A DNA stretch of 42,893 nt, taken from positions 1 to 42,893 of the IMG/VR virus record IMGVR_UViG_3300010362_000008, one strand, 5' to 3'. Positions within the stretch are counted from its first letter, which is position 1; every line of letters begins with the position of its first letter. Position numbers and translations under genes: made by a program. Positions 1-7,404 of this stretch are shown one piece after another. Below the pieces are notes generated by a model. It was given only the letters and a program-made list of their open reading frames with translations. It ran no database searches and had not been told where the DNA came from. This DNA comes from a virus (taxonomy: Duplodnaviria; Caudoviricetes).

Positions 1-74
1 GAAAAAGGCACCGGCGACGGCAACTCGCCGTGGTGGGTCACGGCCGGGTTCGGCATTGTCGCCGTGGTACTGGC
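1..74. repeat. Terminal direct repeat, left copy (circular assembly overlap)
   Basis: nt 1-74 are identical to nt 42820-42893. Confidence 0.97.
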
Positions 75-435
75 GGTGTTGCGGGTCTACGACTTCTACC
101 GGCTCAAGCGCGACGAGGGGCGCGAGCGGCGCATCAAGCTCGACGCCACCGAGGCCCGCGAAACGAACGAACAGCAGAAGGAGGCGCGCCGGGACGCGGC
201 CACCGAGGCGTGGGAGGTGGTGGACCGGCTCACCCGCGAAATCGAGGGGTGCGCGGAGAAAATCAAGGCCATTGAGGAGCGGGAGCGGCAGTGCATCGAG
301 GACCGGGCGGTCCTGCGCATGGTCGCCGCGTGGGCCATGCGGCAGAAGAACCCGCCGCCCATCCCGCAGAGCGTACTCGCCCGGCTCAGTGACGGTAGCG
401 CGACTCATCCGCCCGTCGAGGGAACGGGGACATGA
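1..435 (+). CDS. Membrane-anchored coiled-coil protein in the putative lysis cassette; true start is ATG 42814 across the circular join
   Basis: Frame runs MDEKGTGDGNSPWWVTAGFGIVAVVLAVLRV... across the join; one TM helix then a charged coiled coil; GAGGGAG RBS before 42814. Confidence 0.75.
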   Translation, partial: EKGTGDGNSPWWVTAGFGIVAVVLAVLRVYDFYRLKRDEGRERRIKLDATEARETNEQQKEARRDAATEAWEVVDRLTREIEGCAEKIKAIEERERQCIEDRAVLRMVAAWAMRQKNPPPIPQSVLARLSDGSATHPPVEGTGT

Positions 436-785
436 CGACGACGGTACTTCTGGCCATCTGGGACGTGCTCTACTTCGTCGTCGCGGCGGCGGTCCTCGTT
501 CTCATCGTGAAGTCCTTCCGCCTCCACTGGCGCCTGGGGGAATTGAGCCGGCAGGCCCTGGAAAACCAGAAACTGGCCGCGGAGGACCGGCAGACGACCC
601 GCGAACTGCTCGCGACCCTCAAAGCCTGGGTACTCACCCACGAAGAGAACGAGCAGCGCAAGGAGGAGCGGATCCAGGACACGCTCGCCAGCGTACCCGC
701 CAAGGTCGTCGAGAAGCTCGAAACCAAGACCGCGAGCGAATCGGGAACCAAACTCCGCACCGTGCAACCGCCCGAGGGAGGGTGA
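432..785 (+). CDS. Membrane-anchored coiled-coil protein (holin/spanin-like position)
   Basis: N-terminal TM (VLYFVVAAAVLVLIV) then coiled coil; ATGA overlap with upstream gene. Confidence 0.7.
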   Translation: MTTTVLLAIWDVLYFVVAAAVLVLIVKSFRLHWRLGELSRQALENQKLAAEDRQTTRELLATLKAWVLTHEENEQRKEERIQDTLASVPAKVVEKLETKTASESGTKLRTVQPPEGG

Positions 786-786
786 C

Positions 787-930
787 ATGAAACTCTGGCG
801 CATCGCCCTGGCGGTCTGGCTCATTCTCTACGGCCTGCTCGCCATCACGAACGTGCGTTTCGAGATGCAGGGGTTTCTGATGGGCGTTCTGGCCGTCGCG
901 GCCGCCGCGCTCCTTCTGTTCGACAAGTGA
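787..930 (+). CDS. 47-aa two-TM protein, putative holin (not in the ORF track)
   Basis: Hand translation MKLWRIALAVWLILYGLLAITNVRFEMQGFLMGVLAVAAAALLLFDK*; GGAGG RBS; fills the gap between flanking genes. Confidence 0.7.
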   Translation: MKLWRIALAVWLILYGLLAITNVRFEMQGFLMGVLAVAAAALLLFDK

Positions 931-937
931 GGAACCG

Positions 938-1738
938 ATGCGAGGCGTGCGCAATGCCCTGTTCGCTTTCCTGGCGGTGGTGGCGCTTTCGGGCGCGCCA
1001 CTGGCACCGGTGGCCGACTCGCCCGCCCGCGCGCAGGAGCCGGCCCCCGCACCGGTCACACTGACGCTTTCGGGCGACAAGGTCGTCGGGCCGTACAAAC
1101 TCGCGCGGTTCAGCGTGCAGGGTGTGCCGCCGGGATTCACCATACTGTGGGACGTTTATCCGACTAACGGCGGCATCGCCAACGTCGACGCGGCCACGCA
1201 AAAGTTGAAGTCCGTCTACGAGTTTGTCGGGCCGCCGGATTCCTACCGGGTCCGCGTCCGGGCCTTCAAGGGCGAAGAGGTGCTCGAAGCGTGGGCCTCC
1301 GTCGTCATCGGTACGCCGCCGGTTCCGCCCGCTCCTCCGACGCCGCCGGCACCCGTTCCGCCCGCGCCCGTGCCGGTCGACCAGTTCACCAAGGACGTTC
1401 AGGCGGCCTACGCGACGGAGACCGACCCCAGGCGCCAGGAGTACGCGCTCAAGCTCGCGGCCGTCTACCGAGCCGCGGCGGCCAAGGGCGGGGCGGTGGA
1501 CGACCCCAACGTCAAGACGGTGGGCGACCTCGCCAGCGTCATGGTGAAGGCCTCGCGGAATTCGTCTCTGGGCCTGCCGGCCGACGTGATTCCGAGTGTC
1601 CGGGCCACCATCGCCAGGCGCCTCGACCAGCCCGCGAGTCTGGGCATCGACTCCGCGAAGGCCCTCGATCGGGAACTGGCCCGCAAGGAACTCCAGGCCG
1701 TGGCCGATGCGCTCACCGTCGCGGCCAACGTGAAGTAA
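938..1738 (+). CDS. Exported protein with signal peptide, beta-rich domain, Pro-rich linker and helical C-terminal domain
   Basis: Signal-like N-terminus ending ARA-Q; PPVPPAPPTPPAPVPP linker. Confidence 0.75.
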   Translation: MRGVRNALFAFLAVVALSGAPLAPVADSPARAQEPAPAPVTLTLSGDKVVGPYKLARFSVQGVPPGFTILWDVYPTNGGIANVDAATQKLKSVYEFVGPPDSYRVRVRAFKGEEVLEAWASVVIGTPPVPPAPPTPPAPVPPAPVPVDQFTKDVQAAYATETDPRRQEYALKLAAVYRAAAAKGGAVDDPNVKTVGDLASVMVKASRNSSLGLPADVIPSVRATIARRLDQPASLGIDSAKALDRELARKELQAVADALTVAANVK

Positions 1739-1752
1739 CCCTCCGTCGTCGT

Positions 1753-1770
1753 GCCTGCCTGCAGGCAGGC
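1753..1770. promoter_or_regulatory. 18-bp perfect palindrome GCCTGCCTGCAGGCAGGC, copy 1
   Basis: 20 nt upstream of ATG 1791; four copies in the genome. Confidence 0.8.
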
Positions 1771-1790
1771 GACACTCCAAGAGAAACCCC

Positions 1791-2759
1791 ATGGCTCCCG
1801 GACCTTTGGGCTGGATCCCTCCGAATCAGCGCACCGCCGCTCAGGCGAGCGCCCACGCCACCGCGATGGGCGTGACCGTCGCGCACGCGCTATTGGCCCC
1901 GACGTTCGCCCCGGGCCAGTTCGTCAAGCTCTACGACTTCTGGAAGGCCAAGGAGGTGGTCGACGAGGCCGGGCTCACCTTCAACCGCGTTCACCAGCTC
2001 ACCGGCTCCTGTGTGTGGGCGGGCGGAACCAACGCGGTGTTCTCCTCGATCGCGGCGCAGCGGATGGCCTCGGACAACCCGATTCAGGCGTTTCTGCCCT
2101 TCACGCTCGGCAACTACGCCATGAGCCGGCACTACATGGGCGACGACGGCCGCGGCGAGGGCTCCCTGGGTTCCACGTTCGCCCGTTCGCTCACCAAGGA
2201 CGGCCTGACGAAATGGGACCCCACGGTAACCGGCATCCCGCAGTTCAACCAGAAAGACGGCGTCGCGGTCGCCTCGTCCTCGGTGGAACTCAACTGGTCG
2301 AGTTACAACAACCCGCTTTTGCCGCCCGTGCTCACGGCCAGCGCCCCGCACACCTTCGGCTCGGCCACCCCGGCCACAAGCGCGCAGGACGTCAAGGCGC
2401 TCATCGCCAACGGCTACGGCGTGACCTTCGCGTGCAACAACTACATCGGTGGCGCGAAGGTCGAGGGTTCGGGCGCGGATGCCTGCCTCATCGGCTACTG
2501 GGACTCCTACGGGCCGCACCAGCAGTCGATTCACGCCTACTGGGAGCACCCGCAGTTCGGGCCGCTCTACTGGGCGCAGAACAACTGGCCGGGCAACACC
2601 TACCCCGCCGACCCCGCGGGCGGTCCGGTGTGCGGCTGTTGGGTCCGCGAGGCCAAGGTGGACTGGGCCATGAAGAACCTCGATTCGGAGGTGTTCGGCC
2701 TCTCCTCGCTCAACTGGTTCCCGGCCCAGCCCAAGGTGTTTACCTGGGCCATGATCTGA
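1791..2759 (+). CDS. Papain-like (C1-type) cysteine peptidase
   Basis: Q-x-x-G-S-C-V-W (QLTGSCVW), catalytic His in GPHQQSI and Asn in WAQNNWP, in papain order. Confidence 0.75.
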   Translation: MAPGPLGWIPPNQRTAAQASAHATAMGVTVAHALLAPTFAPGQFVKLYDFWKAKEVVDEAGLTFNRVHQLTGSCVWAGGTNAVFSSIAAQRMASDNPIQAFLPFTLGNYAMSRHYMGDDGRGEGSLGSTFARSLTKDGLTKWDPTVTGIPQFNQKDGVAVASSSVELNWSSYNNPLLPPVLTASAPHTFGSATPATSAQDVKALIANGYGVTFACNNYIGGAKVEGSGADACLIGYWDSYGPHQQSIHAYWEHPQFGPLYWAQNNWPGNTYPADPAGGPVCGCWVREAKVDWAMKNLDSEVFGLSSLNWFPAQPKVFTWAMI

Positions 2760-2781
2760 CTCGCCCGACCCCCGCCGTCGT

Positions 2782-2799
2782 GCCTGCCTGCAGGCAGGC
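2782..2799. promoter_or_regulatory. 18-bp palindrome, copy 2
   Basis: 21 nt upstream of ATG 2821; flanks shared with copy 1 (cgtcgt...gacactcc). Confidence 0.8.
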
Positions 2800-2820
2800 G
2801 ACACTCCGCGGAAGAATCTC

Positions 2821-3096
2821 ATGGGTTCCTTTGTCCTTCTGGCTGCTCTCTCGGGCGCGCCGCCCGCCGTTGTGGTGGTGGCTCCGGCCCCGCCCTACCA
2901 GACCGAGGCCCGGGCGGCGCTGGCGCTGGCCGTGGCGACGCACCGGCGCGGGGTGGTGGTCCAGATGGCACCCGCTCCGCTCGTTCGGCCCTACGCCGCG
3001 CCCGTGTGCGTGGGCGGGGTGTGCAGCGTTCCGCAAGCCAGTGCGCCTTTGGAGAATGGCTGGTACCCGGGCAAACTCCTGGGACGCCGGCGCTAA
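2821..3096 (+). CDS. Small exported/hydrophobic protein with a CVGGVC motif
   Basis: Hydrophobic N-terminus, basic C-terminus, follows palindrome copy 2. Confidence 0.6.
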   Translation: MGSFVLLAALSGAPPAVVVVAPAPPYQTEARAALALAVATHRRGVVVQMAPAPLVRPYAAPVCVGGVCSVPQASAPLENGWYPGKLLGRRR

Positions 3097-3100
3097 GACT

Positions 3101-3173
3101 AAGCCCCGGCCGGTCGCGCGTTGCGATGGCCGTGACTGTGAGAGGTCCGCGAGCCAAACGGCCGGGGCTTTTT
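3101..3173 (+). terminator. Branched hairpin with U-tract (terminator or structured RNA)
   Basis: aagccccggccg (3101-3112) pairs with cggccggggctt (3159-3170), followed by a T run; internal small stems. Confidence 0.55.
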
Positions 3174-3264
3174 GTGCTCGCCGGGCGGGTGCGGGTGGCC
3201 GAGGGAGAGGCGGCGGCGCATTCGCCCGGCGTTCTGAACTCTGAACTTTTACAAAAGGTGCAAC

Positions 3265-3462
3265 ATGGCGAAAGAGAGCCTCGAAGAGAAGATTCGCGCG
3301 GCCGCGAAGGAGGCCGGGCTGTCGGCCGCTCATGCGGAACTGGTGGCCGGCCACCCGGCGGTGGGCGGGTTGGGTGACGGGGTGCTCCTGGGTAAGTTCG
3401 TGGACTTCCTGAAACTCGTCCTGCCGCTCATCCTGCCGCTTCTGGAGCACGAGAGCGCCTGA
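3265..3462 (+). CDS. Small protein with hydrophobic C-terminal helix
   Basis: AAGG RBS, 65 aa, FLKLVLPLILPLL. Confidence 0.65.
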   Translation: MAKESLEEKIRAAAKEAGLSAAHAELVAGHPAVGGLGDGVLLGKFVDFLKLVLPLILPLLEHESA

Positions 3463-3487
3463 AAACGAAACCCCCTGAGACGAAACG

Positions 3488-3521
3488 AGCGGCCCCGCTA
3501 GAACTCTAGCGGGGCCGCTTT
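3488..3521. terminator. Bidirectional intrinsic terminator between convergent late and early operons
   Basis: 14-bp perfect stem agcggccccgctag/ctagcggggccgct with T and A flanks. Confidence 0.85.
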
Positions 3522-3547
3522 GCGTGTGGCCGTGCGGAGCGTGTGAG

Positions 3548-4021
3548 TCAGGCGGCTTCGATGGCGCGGCAGAGGGCCAGAACGCGGATGAACTCGCAAC
3601 ACCAGTGCATGTACGGGTTATCCGAGTTGCGTTCTCGTTCCGGGTCGGTGTAAATCTCGGTCAGCCAACTGACCGCCGAGTCGGCGGCATCGAAGGCGCC
3701 CCGTTCTATTTCACGGCAGGCGTCCGTCGTATACGTACTGGAGTCGCGCCAAGGTTTCCCGTGAACCTGTCGCTCCGACCCGAAAACGCCGATGTGTTCC
3801 GCCGCCGCCCCGTACAGTGCCCCCTTCACCGCCCCCACGTCATCCGTGCCCATCTGTTCGCGGAGCCAGTCGAGCACCTCGTAGACGGGCGCGCCGCGGG
3901 AGAGCGCCTCCCAGGCGAAGCGGGCGGGTGTGGTGGTATCGGGTGTCGTGGTCATCTTCCACTCTCCGAAGGTAATCGACTTGCCACCCACGGTGGCCTT
4001 TCCCATTCGACCGTTATGCAT
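3548..4021 (-). CDS. Hypothetical protein
   Basis: Last gene of the leftward operon; start trimmed to ATG 4021 with GAGGAG RBS. Confidence 0.6.
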   Translation of the reverse strand: MHNGRMGKATVGGKSITFGEWKMTTTPDTTTPARFAWEALSRGAPVYEVLDWLREQMGTDDVGAVKGALYGAAAEHIGVFGSERQVHGKPWRDSSTYTTDACREIERGAFDAADSAVSWLTEIYTDPERERNSDNPYMHWCCEFIRVLALCRAIEAA

Positions 4022-4032
4022 GGTTGCTCTCC

Positions 4033-4239
4033 TCAGATGCCCGTGCCGTCCTCGAACTCCTCGCCCCACTCCTCCGGCTTGGGCCAGCGCACGGTGACGG
4101 TGCCGAGGTTGTAGTCCAGGGCGAACTTCGCCAGCTTCTTCATCCGCGTGTTCACGGGCAGCGCGTGCTCGTGGGGCCAGAACGTCCACAGCCAAAGTAC
4201 CTGGCGCGGCGGGTTACGGGGACGGCGCGGCTTCTTCAC
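4033..4239 (-). CDS. Hypothetical protein (68 aa)
   Basis: GTG start overlaps upstream stop (GTGA); protein-like composition. Confidence 0.55.
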   Translation of the reverse strand: MKKPRRPRNPPRQVLWLWTFWPHEHALPVNTRMKKLAKFALDYNLGTVTVRWPKPEEWGEEFEDGTGI

Positions 4240-4484
4240 GTCGGCCTCCCGAGTGCCCGGAGGAGTTTGCGCTTGTACTTCTGGCTCGCGGAGTACGCCT
4301 TGTGCTTCGGGCAGAGGCATTGCCCCGCGACGGGCGCTTCCTCGCAGTGGAAGCACCGCCCGCGCGCCCGGCGGTCGGCCCGACGCTTGCGCGCCTGTTT
4401 GGCCCCGTAGCGCAGGCACGGGCGGCACTGGGACTTGCCCGGCGCTCGCGGGGCGCGCTTGCAGTGCTGACAGGGGTCGGTCAC
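4236..4484 (-). CDS. Small zinc-finger protein
   Basis: CQHC, CRPC, CFHC and CPKH motifs; coupled to the methyltransferase stop. Confidence 0.65.
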   Translation of the reverse strand: MTDPCQHCKRAPRAPGKSQCRPCLRYGAKQARKRRADRRARGRCFHCEEAPVAGQCLCPKHKAYSASQKYKRKLLRALGRPT

Positions 4485-5881
4485 GACGGGTTCTCCTTAC
4501 GCAGCATCACCACCATTAACCGCCGCGCGAGCCATTCGCTCACGGTGCCGACGACGCCATTTCCGCAGAGGCGGTAGCGCGGCCCGTCGGAGAGCTCTTT
4601 CCCACCGGCGCGGTAGCGGGTCCACTGGTCGGGCCATCCCATGAGGCGCTCGCATTCCAGGGGCGTGAGTCTGCGAACGATGGGGCCAATCATCACGGCG
4701 GGGTATCCCTCGCCGGGTTTTCCTCCCCCGCAGTGACCTGCGGGGGGCGGGTCAACAAATCGCACCTCGCCGCGCTGGTTCTGCGCGAAGGCCACAATCG
4801 GCGTACCGCGCCCGGTTCCGTCCTCGCTGCATCCGTGGCCCGCTTTGCTTGTGAGCGCGTGCGTCACGCGCTCACCGGTCACGCAGACCGCCATTCCGTT
4901 GCCGTGGCCCCGCTGCGCCCGCCCCGTGAGCGTGTACGCCAATCCGTCGGCGCGGCCCTTGGGCGTACCGTCGGGTGCCTGGCACCCGACGGGCGCGAGT
5001 ACGGCCTGCGCGCCGATGGTATCGAGCGTGTACGACACGCTCGATACGCGAACGCCGAGACTGTTCTGACCCTTGTTGTCCATGCCCGTTCGGGCGTCCT
5101 GAATCAGAACAAAGTTTTCTGTGTCGAAGTCCTGCCTTTGCCCTTTCGCGGTGAGCGCACCGTCTGCGGTGCGCTCACATTCGGCCCCGACGCCGTAGAC
5201 GATGAGGTTCGTGTCGTCTTCTTGCCTTCGGCCGGGAGGGTTGACGCCACGGCCTCCAGAGCCGCGCGTAAGAGAGGCGGCAACTCCCGACCCCGCTTTT
5301 TTGCGCGGCGGAGTACGCCGGTGCACGCCTTCGGCGAGAGCGAGTATTTCGGCGGCGCGCTCGGCTCCAGCACGTCCGCGAGCGAACACGCCGAAAACCC
5401 GTCGGCGCTGCTGGGGGACTCCGAAGAACTGAGCATCAAAAGTTCGCCACCCACCATCAAACCCGAGGTCGGCCAGCTCCCGAAGGACCGCGAGGAAGTT
5501 TCGTCCCTCGTTGGCAGAGAGCAGTCCGGGAACATTTTCCCAAACAACGTACAGAGGTCGTAGTTCACGGATGACCCTCACCATTTCGTACCAGAGCGAG
5601 GAGCGCTCCCCGCCCTCGAAACCCGCCCGCTTGCCCGCCGTGCTCACGTCCTGACACGGGAACCCGCCGACCACGACATCCGCGTAAGGCACCTGCGCTG
5701 CGCCGAACTCGCGTACATCCTTGAATCGCGGCACGTCGGGCCAGTGCCGGGCGAGGACATCGCGGGCGGTCGCGTCGATCTCCACCTGAGCGAGGCAGCG
5801 AAACCCGGCCCGGTCAAAGCCCAGATCGAACCCGCCCGCGCCCGCGAAGAGAGAGACAAATGTCAGCGGCATGTCGGTCAT
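4481..5881 (-). CDS. dcm: DNA (cytosine-5) methyltransferase
   Basis: Motif I LFAGAGG, IV GGFPCQDVS, VI ENVPGLL, VIII QQRRRVF, RRLTPLECERLMGWPD and GNGV. Confidence 0.95.
   Translation of the reverse strand: MTDMPLTFVSLFAGAGGFDLGFDRAGFRCLAQVEIDATARDVLARHWPDVPRFKDVREFGAAQVPYADVVVGGFPCQDVSTAGKRAGFEGGERSSLWYEMVRVIRELRPLYVVWENVPGLLSANEGRNFLAVLRELADLGFDGGWRTFDAQFFGVPQQRRRVFGVFARGRAGAERAAEILALAEGVHRRTPPRKKAGSGVAASLTRGSGGRGVNPPGRRQEDDTNLIVYGVGAECERTADGALTAKGQRQDFDTENFVLIQDARTGMDNKGQNSLGVRVSSVSYTLDTIGAQAVLAPVGCQAPDGTPKGRADGLAYTLTGRAQRGHGNGMAVCVTGERVTHALTSKAGHGCSEDGTGRGTPIVAFAQNQRGEVRFVDPPPAGHCGGGKPGEGYPAVMIGPIVRRLTPLECERLMGWPDQWTRYRAGGKELSDGPRYRLCGNGVVGTVSEWLARRLMVVMLRKENPS
5104..5568 (-). CDS. Alternative-frame ORF nested in the methyltransferase gene (EcoHK31I beta-like arrangement)
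   Basis: SLADVLE...KYSLSPKACTGVLRRAKKRGRELPPLLRAAL resembles the out-of-frame polypeptides seen inside phage C5 methyltransferases. Confidence 0.6.
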   Translation of the reverse strand: MNYDLCTLFGKMFPDCSLPTRDETSSRSFGSWPTSGLMVGGELLMLSSSESPSSADGFSACSLADVLEPSAPPKYSLSPKACTGVLRRAKKRGRELPPLLRAALEAVASTLPAEGKKTTRTSSSTASGPNVSAPQTVRSPRKGKGRTSTQKTLF

Positions 5882-5889
5882 GGGTTCTC

Positions 5890-6246
5890 CTAGGACGCCT
5901 GGCGCTCGTCGAACTCATCGGGCTCCTCGGCCGGCGGGGGCGGTAGCGCGAAGGCCGCCGGGCCGTAGACCGGTAGCACCGGGGGCCAGCCCCACTCGGC
6001 AAAGCACGGCCCGCAGTACAACTCGGTCTCGCTCTCGGGCGTCCGCCGGCTCACCCACCCGACCCGCGCCGGCAGTGTGCGGTTGGGGCAGGCCGCCCCG
6101 CAGCACCAGCACGTCGGCACGGCCTTCGTGGTGAGGCACGAGGTCCGGGCCTTGATGGCCGGGTCGTTGTAACAGCTCGTGCAGAGACCCCGGCCCCGGA
6201 TCCACCGCGGCCGCGCGCAGTGGCGGCACGTCTTCTTGGGCTTCAT
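5890..6246 (-). CDS. Cys-rich zinc-finger protein
   Basis: CRHC, CTSC, CWCC and CGPC pairs. Confidence 0.65.
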   Translation of the reverse strand: MKPKKTCRHCARPRWIRGRGLCTSCYNDPAIKARTSCLTTKAVPTCWCCGAACPNRTLPARVGWVSRRTPESETELYCGPCFAEWGWPPVLPVYGPAAFALPPPPAEEPDEFDERQAS

Positions 6247-6473
6247 GCCCGCTCCTTCAGTTGGGTGTCGGGTTGGGTCTCCAGGGGCGGGAGCAGCTCG
6301 CCGCGGAGAACCCGCACGTCCGCGGGTGCGTCCACCGCCAGGCTAATGCTGCCGCGGGAGTCGGCGCGGTTGGGCAAGACCCAGAGGCGGATGCGCTCGC
6401 CCGTGGGCAGGTCGAGGACGAGGCAATTGGCGTCACCGGCAGGGGTGAACACCTTGCGCGTTATGAAGAGCAT
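6243..6473 (-). CDS. CsrA/RsmA-like protein (divergent, copy 2)
   Basis: MLFITRK...ISLAVDAPADVRVLRGEL matches the CsrA pattern MLvLtRK...lGi.AP..v.v.R.E; start trimmed to ATG 6473. Confidence 0.65.
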   Translation of the reverse strand: MLFITRKVFTPAGDANCLVLDLPTGERIRLWVLPNRADSRGSISLAVDAPADVRVLRGELLPPLETQPDTQLKERA

Positions 6474-7069
6474 GACGGGGTCTCCGTGGGTGTGTGGGGT
6501 TGCCACGCGGGCAGGCCGGCGCGGCGGCGGCCGAAAGTGACGCAGCAGCGGGAAGCCGCTTCGTGTGCCGCGTCTTCTGTGTCGAAGATGGTCTCCAGTT
6601 CCGGCCCCCACACGTAGAAAGGGATTTCCCACGAGGTAAAGCGCCGGTCTTCGCGCCACGCGCGGACCCAGATGTATCTCGGGGGCTCTCCATCATCAGA
6701 GCAGTTCAGCGGCTCTTGATCCGTCAACTGCACGCTCGTCACCGGATGTGTCGCGAATAGCGCCTCCGCGCGCTGCATGAATGCGTCGCATGGCAGTTCG
6801 ATGTGGAACCCGAACCCACGCCCGATGCCCGTCACTTCGGGGTCCGCGAACCACCGGGCGAGGTGCAAGTCGAGGAGTTGCCGCTCTCGTGGCGTCAGTT
6901 CGCCGTAGGAGCGCCCGGGGTTGCCGTGGGCGTGCTCGATCTGCACCCGGATGAACTCCGCGCGTTCCGGCTCGCCGTGCTCCTCCAGCCAGTCTGCGAA
7001 CACCAGGCGCGTGGTGTCGTCGTCGGGGTCGGCACAGATGGCGCGCGTGAAGGTTTCGCGGTCGGTCAT
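6461..7069 (-). CDS. TIGR02996-like domain protein A
   Basis: MTDRETFTRAICADPDDDTTRLVFADWLEEHGEPERAEFIRVQ plus downstream RGF motif. Confidence 0.9.
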   Translation of the reverse strand: MTDRETFTRAICADPDDDTTRLVFADWLEEHGEPERAEFIRVQIEHAHGNPGRSYGELTPRERQLLDLHLARWFADPEVTGIGRGFGFHIELPCDAFMQRAEALFATHPVTSVQLTDQEPLNCSDDGEPPRYIWVRAWREDRRFTSWEIPFYVWGPELETIFDTEDAAHEAASRCCVTFGRRRAGLPAWQPHTPTETPSCSS

Positions 7070-7290
7070 GAGGTTCTCCGGTGTGGTGCGGCGATCACGG
7101 CCGCCGCTTCGCCGCTCAGGTCCGCGCTCGTTCGTTCAAGGATGCCGCCGCAGAAGCCGCATTTGGGCATCCCCGGCGCGGGCTGTTCCCACGACCACAC
7201 GAGGGCCAGCCCCGGAAGCCGGCATGTCCGGCACCGGCCCCACGCCGCCGGGGTTTTGTCGCTTTTGTCACTCTGGCCCTCCTCGAACAT
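7066..7290 (-). CDS. Small zinc-ribbon protein
   Basis: CRTC...CGFC; ATGA overlap with downstream gene. Confidence 0.55.
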   Translation of the reverse strand: MFEEGQSDKSDKTPAAWGRCRTCRLPGLALVWSWEQPAPGMPKCGFCGGILERTSADLSGEAAAVIAAPHRRTS

Positions 7291-7404
7291 CTCTTCCCCT
7301 CAGAACACGGCGCAAAAGCGACAGAAGTGACAGAACTGCCAAAACGGACCCCTTGGCGACTCCGAAGCGTCGCTTTTGTCACTTCTGTCGCTTTTGCGCC
7401 GTGT
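7254..7404. repeat. 31-bp inverted repeat built of 9-bp iteron-like units; candidate replication origin
   Basis: 7305-7335 and 7374-7404 are 30/31 reverse-complementary; extra units at 7254-7272; at the 3' end of the primase gene. Confidence 0.7.

Noticed and set aside
1-74. Biological terminal repeat (T7-like)
   Set aside because: It falls mid-gene and is the size expected of an assembly overlap; it shows circularity, not virion ends
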